NCBI GenBank assembly: GCA_031316235.1
Contig: JALDRA010000001.1
Coordinates: 4,080,001 to 4,112,000, forward strand
DNA from: Candidatus Scalindua sp.
Lineage (GTDB): Bacteria > Planctomycetota > Brocadiia > Brocadiales > Scalinduaceae
DNA length: 32,000 nt
Direction: 5' to 3'
Notes under the pieces: model-generated
Databases searched by the model: none
What the model saw: only the letters and a program-made list of their open reading frames with translations
What the model was told of the DNA's origin: nothing
Part shown: positions 19,511-27,836 of the stretch, one piece after another
Layout: every line of letters starts with the position of its first letter
Numbering within the stretch: position 1 is the first letter of the stretch
Position numbers and translations under genes: made by a program

Positions 19511-19718
19511 GATTGTTCCTCACTAAGAGTGTTACAAAAACTCTTCACGCTTCTGGCCATGAAGTAATTACGGCAATTAAAGACAACTCCACACTGCTTT
19601 TCAGAATCAATTCATATACTTTTTCTAACAGTGATTGAACAGAAACCCCGGTGGTTGAACCACAAAAGGGAACAGGGATCCACTATATTCAGGTCAGTCC
19701 GGGTTGTCAAATGAAAAC

Positions 19719-22367
19719 CTATTCAACAATTACGATTAAATGATCATCATTTTTGAATACTTCTGGTACCAGGCGATTTACATCCTGCACGGTAACTGCT
19801 TTCAACCTTCCACCGTATTCGTCATCCGCTTCAGGTGAATTGTCGTCAAGGATCTCCATACTGATGTAGTATGCCTGGCCCACACGGTCCAGACGACGCA
19901 TGCCCCGGCGCCCTAAAGCCGCGTTGATTGTTTTCTGTACTTCATCACTATCAAAAGTTGCCTCCCGCATTGAGTGGATTTCCTCTCGAATACCAGCAAT
20001 CGCCTTTTCAATGTTTTCAGGTCTTGTCCCCATTGCAATGTAATACCAATGGGCATCCTTATACTTTGGGAAGTACGAACTGATAGAATAGGCGAGACCC
20101 TGTTTTTCCCGAAGATTGAAGGCCAGTCTGTCTGAAAACAAACTGCTCAGGATATCAAGCACGGGTTGATCCTCTTCTTCTACCTGGCAAGTGTTTGCGA
20201 CCATGATAAAAGATTGAGTCTTACCGATTTTATGCCGTATTGTCTTGCCGAGTTTTTTAATCTGTTGACTATGTGCAGGAGGTTGCCATCCGGTTTCATC
20301 CACTTTTCCTCCCAGATACGTCTTAACCAGCTTCATGGTTTTTTCAATGGGCAGATTGCCGGAAATAGTCAAAATCAGGTTTGAAGGATTATACAACTTA
20401 CCATGAAACTCCCTTATATCTGCGAGAGTGAATTTCTCTATGGTATTCACGTTACCAAGCGCCCAGCCAAAACCGGGGTTTGCAACAAAAAGATTGTCAT
20501 ATAATAATCTTTTGGCAACTTTTGGGGTGCTCAGATCTGCTGCGGTCGAGAGTAAAAGGACATTCTTTTTTGCTCGCTCAAAAGTATCATCCATAAGGAG
20601 AGGCTGGGACACCATTTCTCCAAGTAATTGTATACCCTCCTCGAAAAAGGAATCGATCACTTTCAATCTCACATAAGCAAATCGAGCTGAATCGTAATAA
20701 TCATCATAGGGGATGTTCGGATTGTCATGCAGTTTAATTTCCGCACCAATGGTTTCGAGTGATTTATACAGTTTTTCTCCAGGATGGGTTACCGTACCTC
20801 CTTCGAGCAGCATTCTCTGTAATACCTCAGCAATGCCCCACTTTTCTCTCCCCTCACAGAGACTTTTCTCTTTTGCTAACAGGTGTATGCCGATAACACG
20901 GCTATCCTGATTCTCTTTTACAATAACAGTCATGCCATTATTCAATGTTTCCCTGTGGTATTTATTCGGTTTGTGTCCCGTAGAAACATCCACCGGCTTA
21001 AATGGAGGAGACATTAAAGTAACAACAGGCAATTGGGATTTAAGATATTTTAAAGCAACATCCTGTATGGATTGAGGAGTTACGAGCATGATACTGTCCA
21101 TGTAGCTCCGCAGAAAGGTATAACCTCCGGCAGCAAGATAGCCGGATTTCATCATAGCATAATAGTGCAGCTTTTCCTGTAAGTAAATTTCATGAGTAGC
21201 CCTTGCCACTAACAATGGTTGAATATCTTTCATTGATACGGGTTTGACCGCCATCCCTTGAACAGCACGCGTAATCAAATTCACTATGCTATCAACATCA
21301 GTGGAAAATGGAAGCTGAGCAGAGATCTGCAACGTTGAAAAATCACCATTGAATGTAATGTCAGCATTAATTGAGTTTATCAGATTTTCATAAGATTCCT
21401 GTTTAAACAAATTGTCGAGAATTGAGTCCTTTTTGCCGCCAAGAAATTCGGCGAGCAATTGCAGTGAAAAGAACTCATCAGAGACGGGAGCTGGTAATAA
21501 ATAAGCCATATCGAGATAGTGTCGATCTTCAGGAAATTTTCCTGTCCCGTTTGCACGGACAATACGGAGTGTTTCCGGCTGTTTCAACAAGAGAGGTTTC
21601 TCTTCAGGTATACGGCCTGCAGGATATGGGCCATACTTCTCCTTAACCAATTCTACCATTTCTGAGGTTGCAAAATCCCCGATGACCATCAATGTCATAT
21701 TGTTCGGTACATACCAGATGCGGTAATATGTCAATACATCATCACGTTTTAGATGAGAAATTGTGGAGACAGTTCCAATTACGGGAAGTCCATAAGGAGT
21801 ACCAGCGAAAGCAGTCCTGATAAAATGATTGGATACCTGATGTGTTGGTGAATCAGCATCTTTCCCTATCTCTTCGATAACGATTCCCCGCTCTTTTTCA
21901 AACTTCTCGGGAGGCAAAGAGGAATTAAAAAGCATGTCAGCCTGTATATCCATCCCCTGTTCGATATAGTCCTTCGGCATCAGGATCATGTAGTTGGTGT
22001 AATCGGTCCCTGTATGGGCATTATTATAGCCGCCATAAAAATCCATTTCGTCATAAAGCTCCTTTTGCGTGCGGTTTTTTGTACCGTTAAAGAGCAGATG
22101 TTCAAGAAAATGGGCTGATCCGTTTGTCGCTGCATCTTCATTCCGACTTCCGGTCTTGACAATGGTAAATGCGGTAATCATGGGACTTGCATGATTCTCT
22201 ATGAGAATGACCTCCATTCCGTTATCAAGATAGAAAACCGATGCATTCTGAGTCTCCCCGAGCAATGACAGTGCCTGTTCTTTTGCATCGCCAGCACGAG
22301 ACACCAGGGGAAACATCTGAATAAGGAGAAAGAGTACCGGGAAAAGAGATTGAAAAAATTTTTTCAT
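19719..22367 (-). CDS. M16 (pitrilysin/insulinase) family zinc peptidase, two fused M16 units, secreted
   Basis: Inverted zincin motif HFLEHLLFNGT plus a downstream E-rich region, and a second inactive-type M16 half. The ORF extends to 22460. The ATG at 22367 gives a clean signal peptide (MKKFFQSLFPVLFLLIQMFPLVSRAG), so it is the preferred start. Confidence 0.9.
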   Translation of the reverse strand: MKKFFQSLFPVLFLLIQMFPLVSRAGDAKEQALSLLGETQNASVFYLDNGMEVILIENHASPMITAFTIVKTGSRNEDAATNGSAHFLEHLLFNGTKNRTQKELYDEMDFYGGYNNAHTGTDYTNYMILMPKDYIEQGMDIQADMLFNSSLPPEKFEKERGIVIEEIGKDADSPTHQVSNHFIRTAFAGTPYGLPVIGTVSTISHLKRDDVLTYYRIWYVPNNMTLMVIGDFATSEMVELVKEKYGPYPAGRIPEEKPLLLKQPETLRIVRANGTGKFPEDRHYLDMAYLLPAPVSDEFFSLQLLAEFLGGKKDSILDNLFKQESYENLINSINADITFNGDFSTLQISAQLPFSTDVDSIVNLITRAVQGMAVKPVSMKDIQPLLVARATHEIYLQEKLHYYAMMKSGYLAAGGYTFLRSYMDSIMLVTPQSIQDVALKYLKSQLPVVTLMSPPFKPVDVSTGHKPNKYHRETLNNGMTVIVKENQDSRVIGIHLLAKEKSLCEGREKWGIAEVLQRMLLEGGTVTHPGEKLYKSLETIGAEIKLHDNPNIPYDDYYDSARFAYVRLKVIDSFFEEGIQLLGEMVSQPLLMDDTFERAKKNVLLLSTAADLSTPKVAKRLLYDNLFVANPGFGWALGNVNTIEKFTLADIREFHGKLYNPSNLILTISGNLPIEKTMKLVKTYLGGKVDETGWQPPAHSQQIKKLGKTIRHKIGKTQSFIMVANTCQVEEEDQPVLDILSSLFSDRLAFNLREKQGLAYSISSYFPKYKDAHWYYIAMGTRPENIEKAIAGIREEIHSMREATFDSDEVQKTINAALGRRGMRRLDRVGQAYYISMEILDDNSPEADDEYGGRLKAVTVQDVNRLVPEVFKNDDHLIVIVE

Positions 22368-22707
22368 TTTTTTAGAGACCTTAAAAGGTGAGAAAAACAA
22401 ATTGAGAGAAATCAACGAAAAGCTGGTAATGGTTCGTGTTATTATACAGATTTTTAACAAAAAATTCGATTCATTTTCTCAGAATTTCAAAACTTTTCAG
22501 ACTACGCAATCACATATCCAACTGGTCCATTAATTAATGAGAAGTGTCTTGAACAATAAAATTGTTCTCGATACCGTTCAAAGAAGGTTATATGATGTAA
22601 CCTTCAGAAAATGTTCAGTAAAGAAGCAAAATTCTGCAGAACAGAGGAAATCCTGGTTTTTACCTGTTTTTTCTGCTCATGTTACTGTCTTAGAGAAGGA
22701 GTGACTA

Positions 22708-23613
22708 ATGGGAATTTATATCGAGATATTTCACACTGCATTTTCAGAATACTGGCATAACCTCATCTCGGAAATCCTATTCTCTTCTGATTACGTTCCC
22801 TGGTACAAGAGCTATTTTTACTGGTTAACTGGTTTATCAATCACCGTATGGATCCTGGAATTAGCTGCCCCATGGCGAAAAGGCCAGGCACCGTTTAGAA
22901 AAGACTTCTGGTTAGACGGGTTTTACCTGTTTTTCAATTCATACCTCTTTCCCTTAAGTGGCTATCATGCTCTATCTCTGACGGGAGTAGTAGTATTCAA
23001 CGATCTTATTGGAATTTTCGGAATGAGTGATATTACTATAATCCGGATAACACAATTGCCCAAATGGGCGCAGCTGATAACCATGTTTATCATTGCAGAT
23101 TTCGTACACTGGAACATACACCGACTGCTTCACAGACTCCCCTTTCTCTGGGAATTTCACAAAGTGCACCATTCAGTGGAAATCCTCGGATTTGCTGCTC
23201 AATTACGCTTTCACTGGATGGAAACAGTCGTATATAAATGCCTGCAATATATTCCACTATCCATGATAGGATTTGAGATAAAAGACTTTTTCATCATTCA
23301 TCTTATTGCATTACTTATTGGTCTCCTCAATCATGCAAATCTGAAAATTACTTACGGACCCTGTAAATATTTTCTAAACAATCCTGTAATGCACATATGG
23401 CACCATGCAAAAAAGTTACCCGCTCTGCATGGAGTGAACTTCGGTATATCACTCAGCTTGTGGGATTATCTTTTCCGAACAGCATATGTACCGGAAAGTG
23501 GAAGAGATATCAAATTAGGTTTTCATCAGGATGAACTCTTTCCTCAGACATTTTTAGGACAGATACTGTATCCGATGAACAGGCAATCACATACTTTCCA
23601 CTCAGCTAATTGA
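22708..23613 (+). CDS. Fatty acid hydroxylase / sterol desaturase superfamily membrane protein
   Basis: 301 aa, ATG start with GAAGGAG SD. Three His boxes: HWNIHRLLH, HKVHH, HIWHH. Several TM helices. Confidence 0.8.
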   Translation: MGIYIEIFHTAFSEYWHNLISEILFSSDYVPWYKSYFYWLTGLSITVWILELAAPWRKGQAPFRKDFWLDGFYLFFNSYLFPLSGYHALSLTGVVVFNDLIGIFGMSDITIIRITQLPKWAQLITMFIIADFVHWNIHRLLHRLPFLWEFHKVHHSVEILGFAAQLRFHWMETVVYKCLQYIPLSMIGFEIKDFFIIHLIALLIGLLNHANLKITYGPCKYFLNNPVMHIWHHAKKLPALHGVNFGISLSLWDYLFRTAYVPESGRDIKLGFHQDELFPQTFLGQILYPMNRQSHTFHSAN

Positions 23614-24310
23614 GCCTGTTATGCCGAGCCGGTTTTCTTTTTCCAGGCCGTACAAAATCCATATGATTTATGATCACCATTGCATCTAATAATTCGGCCT
23701 CTTCAAAAATATTGGAAGGTAAAATGTCAGACCAAATTCCATAAACTTTTAAATATCATATATTTAGCAGTTAACAGACAATTAAGATTTTAACAACGCT
23801 TTTTATTCCCATTGAAACCGTCCGGCCTCATTAAATTTCTGACAAGGACAGGGTTTTATCCCATAACTTCAAACTTATCTTGTGTAAACATTAACTTTAC
23901 TTTCAAAGGTGCTGCAAACAATGGGGGCAGGCAGCCAGATATGAAAGATATTAAAGATATTCGGTTTGACGGTCCCATCTATTTCGGGTAGGTAATTTTA
24001 CCCGTAAATTCCTCTATAGCGATCTGTTTCGCACGAGGATCCTGTCGTCCGGCAAGTTGTGTCTCATAATGAAAAAGCGGGTTTAATATCACTACACTCA
24101 TCTCTCAGCTGTTCCTTTACAGCGCCTACTGCATGAGTGAAAATTTAATGCTAACAATTTTATAATTAGTAACTTACAACCTTTCATCATTCTGTATGAA
24201 ATTTGGTATTTATTTTGCTAAACCCATTACCACCTGAAAATTTACCATCTTACCTGGCCCCTGTTCTCTCTAGAAATGAGTACAAGTCACAGTAAGGAAA
24301 CTCAAAATGT

Positions 24311-24544
24311 ATGTATACAGGGAAAAAACAAATGAAACCAATGGATGAATTTCAAGCCTTTAAGGTATCAAGTTTAGCACATGTAATTAATGAGTATATT
24401 CGTAACAGAGATTTTGGTTATGCTCACGAAACAATTAATGAATCAATAGAAGAGTGGAAAAAGAGAAGGAACTATGAGTTGCTTTGTAATGAAGCACAGA
24501 TTATGACTGAAATCATACTCAATGACAATCTAATTTACCGGTAA
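24311..24544 (+). CDS. Small hypothetical protein (77 aa), no recognisable domain
   Basis: ATG ORF in an otherwise ORF-poor 1.2-kb stretch, followed 24 nt downstream by a hairpin and T-run (24568-24610). No clear SD seen. Confidence 0.4.
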   Translation: MYTGKKQMKPMDEFQAFKVSSLAHVINEYIRNRDFGYAHETINESIEEWKKRRNYELLCNEAQIMTEIILNDNLIYR

Positions 24545-24567
24545 ACTGTATTTAAAAGAAGAAGACG

Positions 24568-24610
24568 GATTTTCGCAAAGTCTTTCGATCTTTTCGAAAA
24601 TCTGTTTTAT
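24568..24610 (+). terminator. Candidate intrinsic terminator after the 77-aa ORF
   Basis: gattttcg (24568-24575) pairs with cgaaaatc (24595-24602). There is a nested aaag/cttt stem in the loop. The hairpin is followed by tgttttat. Confidence 0.45.
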
Positions 24611-24858
24611 CTTCACCAACAATCTGAGAATCACTGTTTATTCTGATTATCAATCCTTTACAAGATCAATCATTCCCCCCTTGCCTCTTCTTTTTCTCAA
24701 ACAGGATATCCAGCCACACCTTCACTCTCACAGCTTCAGATTCAACATCAACATACCGCACCAGTTTCAGACCAATAAGCAGGCAAAAGGACAAGAGAGT
24801 GAAAATGAAAGAGGCAGCTTAAAAAGTAATCCAACCTCACAAACGCCTGAACTGCTTC

Positions 24859-25299
24859 TTAAGCACGGTCATGTACGGGCACTATAAGAATCGGGCATGA
24901 AGAACTCTGTAAAACGCCTTCGCAAACGCTTCCATATATCAAATGATACACCCCGCCATGTCCATGAGAACCCATAACAATTATATCAATATTCAACTCT
25001 TTTGATTTCTTAAGTATTATTTCAACCGTTGCACCCTGGACAAGAAGGGGTGTTGTCTCAACACCAGCCTTCTGAAGAGTTTCTGCTTTTTTCTGTAAAT
25101 CCTGATGTTCTCTGTTGAATTCCTGGGCAGCCTGATCACGAACAGTTTCTGGTCCAAGATTCAAATGTCCAATTTCTGGTCCTGTTTCTGTAACATGGAG
25201 CAACCATACTTTTGCAGACAAAGCAGAAGCCAGAGTTATTGCCTTATCTAAGACCTTTTGAGATGTATTGGATAAATCAATCGCAACTAAAATGTTCAT
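24859..25299 (-). CDS. Universal stress protein (UspA family)
   Basis: USP fold blocks NILVAIDLS, LLHV, and ATP-binding-type G-x2-G-x9-G-S (GSHGHGGVYHLIYGSV), then CPILIVP. The ORF-track start at 25311 is a TTG inside the SD. The ATG at 25299 has GGAGGG 5 nt upstream. Confidence 0.85.
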   Translation of the reverse strand: MNILVAIDLSNTSQKVLDKAITLASALSAKVWLLHVTETGPEIGHLNLGPETVRDQAAQEFNREHQDLQKKAETLQKAGVETTPLLVQGATVEIILKKSKELNIDIIVMGSHGHGGVYHLIYGSVCEGVLQSSSCPILIVPVHDRA

Positions 25300-25359
25300 T
25301 ATGCCCTCCAATTTGTATAGTACCCGTATAAGATTTCTTTCCTTTTTTTTGAAATTACA

Positions 25360-25388
25360 AATCTACTCCTTTCTTCATCTCCTGTCAA
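25360..25388 (-). promoter_or_regulatory. Candidate sigma70-type promoter for the USP gene at 24859-25299
   Basis: The minus strand reads TTGACA (25388-25383), then a 17-nt spacer, then TAGATT (25365-25360), about 60 nt upstream of the ATG. Confidence 0.4.
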
Positions 25389-25421
25389 TTGATTTCCATG
25401 ATGCTTTTCAACTTGCCGCTT

Positions 25422-25443
25422 GTCAGAATTTAATAATTCTGAC
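25422..25443. promoter_or_regulatory. Perfect 9-4-9 palindrome, candidate operator upstream of the USP promoter
   Basis: GTCAGAATT-taat-AATTCTGAC. No flanking T-run in a terminator-compatible orientation. Confidence 0.35.
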
Positions 25444-25540
25444 ATAAAAAAATTAATGTACGAAAACCACTGCTGTTCCAAAAATACTTACTACCCCTGA
25501 TGCCAGATGAATTGCTCCAGATACAAACACAGATAATGGT

Positions 25541-25679
25541 TATACTCATCTCATACTGGATTTCGGATAAAATCCGAGATAGATTTGAGCGAGTAAAGTC
25601 CTCGGCGTTTTTTGTCCGGGGATACCTTCACCAGGATTTGGATTCCTGTAAAACCGAAAACCAAATCGGTTTTAGTATA
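25541..25679 (+). repeat. Structured MITE/BIME-like repeat, copy 4 (139-bp long form with hairpins 1, B and 2)
   Basis: tatactcatctcatactggatttcggataaaatccgagatagatttgagcgagtaaagtcctcggcgttttttgtccggggataccttcaccaggatttggattcctgtaaaaccgaaaaccaaatcggttttagtata. Ends 8 nt from the stop of the glycine-zipper gene. Confidence 0.9.
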
Positions 25680-25687
25680 GTTACATC

Positions 25688-26110
25688 CTATTTCCATCCA
25701 ATAACATTGTACCCCTTGGATCTGAGGCACTCCTCAACAAATCTTTTCTGGGTTGGATCTACCTCCTTTGCACGAAATATGCCCCATATAATCCCTCCTG
25801 CAGCTCCTCCTGCAGCTCCACGGGCAGCTCCACGGGCAGCATGGCCAGCAACTGAACCGGCTGCACCTCCGATAGCGGCACCTGAAACGGATCCGACTGC
25901 TGTATTACCGGCTATATTCTTGCCTGGGTTTGTCTTCAATCCGGATGCAGCAGCAAGCTCCATACATAGATCGATATCCTGGCTTGCAATTGTGTCCCCT
26001 ACTGTATTAAGCTGATTATTCGGATAGAGAACCGGTCTTTGTATTGCACATCCCACAAAGAGAGATAAACAGCTTACAAGAAGAGCCAGCCTGTTATAAT
26101 TTTTATACAT
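25688..26110 (-). CDS. Glycine-zipper lipoprotein
   Basis: Lipoprotein signal with lipobox (MYKNYNRLALLVSCLSLFVG/C). Gly/Ala zipper GSVSGAAIGGAAGSVAGHAARGAARGAAGGAAGGIIWG. Short C-terminal tail FVEECLRSKGYNVIGWK. The ORF-track start at 26128 is a GTG; the ATG at 26110 is preferred. Confidence 0.75.
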   Translation of the reverse strand: MYKNYNRLALLVSCLSLFVGCAIQRPVLYPNNQLNTVGDTIASQDIDLCMELAAASGLKTNPGKNIAGNTAVGSVSGAAIGGAAGSVAGHAARGAARGAAGGAAGGIIWGIFRAKEVDPTQKRFVEECLRSKGYNVIGWK

Positions 26111-26227
26111 GATATATTTCCCTTTCACTTTATCAACGCTTCTATTATATCCACTATAGCAAATTTTCTCATCCCTGAATATGTATTATTTCTCATCCGT
26201 TAAAACTCTAAGTCATACTAATGAAGA

Positions 26228-26339
26228 TATACTCATCTCATACTGGATTTCGGATAAAATCCGAGATAAAATTGAGCGAGTACAAGTCCTCGGCGCTTTT
26301 TGTCCGGGGATACCTTCACCAGGATTTGGTTTTAGTATA
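26228..26339 (+). repeat. Structured MITE/BIME-like repeat, copy 5 (112 bp; has hairpin B, lacks hairpin 2)
   Basis: tatactcatctcatactggatttcggataaaatccgagataaaattgagcgagtacaagtcctcggcgctttttgtccggggataccttcaccaggatttggttttagtata. Lies in the divergent region between the glycine-zipper gene and the second USP gene. Confidence 0.9.
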
Positions 26340-26490
26340 TCAACTTTCAGTTTGAACAGTATTCTATGCAAAGCAACCGTTGTCTTAAGCATTTTTTTCA
26401 GGTAACCATATAATTATTCAAAAGCTGATTTGTCTCCAGTTTGATTAACAGGCTCCTATCTTTTTGTTTTTTTTGTTAAAAACATCCTGC

Positions 26491-26519
26491 TTGACACATA
26501 TAGTAATTATTCATAGTAT
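26491..26519 (+). promoter_or_regulatory. Candidate sigma70-type promoter for the USP gene at 26572
   Basis: TTGACA (26491-26496), then a 17-nt spacer, then TAGTAT (26514-26519). The SD GGAGGGTGG and the ATG follow about 50 nt downstream. Confidence 0.5.
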
Positions 26520-26571
26520 AAAACAGTATTGGAGTAACACGAACTTATGAACGATTGGAGGGTGGAAATTT

Positions 26572-27042
26572 ATGAAACATATTCTTGTGACAACTGATTT
26601 TTCAGAAGCATCCGAATCTGCATTTGTTTACGCAATGGAACAGGCACAGTTAAAGGAGAAAGGTGAGGCAAAAATTACCCTTCTTAAAGTAATTGATGTC
26701 TTGGGGCCAGCAAATATTACGTTTGAATATGGTCTGGCGATTTCTGATAAAAAAGGGCTGCTGGAAAAACTGCAGAGGCAGGCATCTGAAAAAATTGAGG
26801 AACTGGCAAGGAAACATTTTTCCGGTATATCGATAGAAACTGCTGTGCTGGAGCCTGAAAAATCGGTATATCAAGAGATAATCGACTTTGCAAGAGAGAA
26901 CACTGTTGATCTCATAGTAATAGCTACGCATGGGAGAACCGGTATTAAATACCTTCTTTTAGGAAGCGTAGCTGAACGTATAGTACGCCACTCACCGTGT
27001 CCGGTTCTGGTTATTCCTCAGCCAAAAAAAAGAGAGGTTTAG
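26572..27042 (+). CDS. Universal stress protein (UspA family)
   Basis: 156 aa, ATG start with strong SD. HILVTTDFS, LLKV, ATHGRTGIKYLLLGSV (G-x2-G-x9-G-S) and CPVLVIP. Confidence 0.9.
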   Translation: MKHILVTTDFSEASESAFVYAMEQAQLKEKGEAKITLLKVIDVLGPANITFEYGLAISDKKGLLEKLQRQASEKIEELARKHFSGISIETAVLEPEKSVYQEIIDFARENTVDLIVIATHGRTGIKYLLLGSVAERIVRHSPCPVLVIPQPKKREV

Positions 27043-27130
27043 AGACTTTTCGGGCATCTGGAGAATGACCGGAGAGAGCTGCTAAATACTTACCTGCATG
27101 ATATCAACCCTCTTCACCGCCTAACATGAT

Positions 27131-27217
27131 GGTATCCCCGGACAAAAAAACACCGGGGACTTTACCCGCTTCGTTTTTTCCCGGATTTTATCCAAAAACC
27201 ATTATAAGATGAGTATA
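27131..27217 (-). repeat. Structured MITE/BIME-like repeat, copy 6 (inverted, degenerate and 3'-truncated; retains hairpin B)
   Basis: The reverse complement reads tatactcatcttataatggtttttggataaaatccgggaaaaaacgaagcgggtaaagtccccggtgtttttttgtccggggatacc. Lies between the convergent stops of the USP (27042) and glycine-zipper (27237) genes. Confidence 0.7.
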
Positions 27218-27236
27218 TACGCAGGGCATAGCTGTT

Positions 27237-27734
27237 TTACTCGTAGTGAGCAGGAATCCAGGTCTTCTCTTCATACTCCTGCCACTGACCGGAAGGAGCG
27301 TACCTGTCTTCATAATGTCCTTCAATTCTCCGACTTCCATCGTATTGCTCAGCAACCCATACCCTCTCTTTCTTTGAGGTATCAACCCACTTTCTCTTGT
27401 TTACATATTCAAAATGTCCTTCAACATAGTTCTTTCCCTGGCCGGAACCGGACTGTCTTTCCATCTCAAGTTGTCTTTGCAGTTGTGCATATTCAGCTTT
27501 TTCTCTCTTCTTGTCCAGATGGTCACCTACTAATGCACCTCCTATAGCGCCCGCACCTGCACCAATTGCAGCACCCATGCCCGCATTACCTGTTAAAGCT
27601 CCTATAATTGCTCCTGCAGCAGCTCCACTTCCTGTCCCTACTGCGGCACTTTTTTGAGTTGTAGTCATACAACCAGCCGTAAAAATTGTAATACCCATCA
27701 GGAACAGCGTCACCGCAACTAATTTGATATTCAT
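27237..27734 (-). CDS. Glycine-zipper (17-kDa-antigen-like) lipoprotein with charged, aromatic-rich C-terminal domain
   Basis: 165 aa, ATG start. Lipobox LFLMGITIFTAG/C. Glycine zipper GTGSGAAAGAIIGALTGNAGMGAAIGAGAGAIGGALVG. C-terminal region with repeated GH(F/Y)E...W(V/I) segments. Confidence 0.75.
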   Translation of the reverse strand: MNIKLVAVTLFLMGITIFTAGCMTTTQKSAAVGTGSGAAAGAIIGALTGNAGMGAAIGAGAGAIGGALVGDHLDKKREKAEYAQLQRQLEMERQSGSGQGKNYVEGHFEYVNKRKWVDTSKKERVWVAEQYDGSRRIEGHYEDRYAPSGQWQEYEEKTWIPAHYE

Positions 27735-27836
27735 TTTTCATCACCTTAATTAAATTTCCGAAAATATTTTTCAATCATCCCCTTTATAGCGTGTAAATCC
27801 ATGAGGTCATAAGTAAAACCCAGTTTTGTTGTGATA

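Noticed and set aside
24096-24150. Possible eighth, highly degenerate copy of the structured repeat (actcatctc ... gagtgaaaattt)
   Set aside because: Only a 9-mer and a loose second block match, with different spacing. That is not enough to call by eye.
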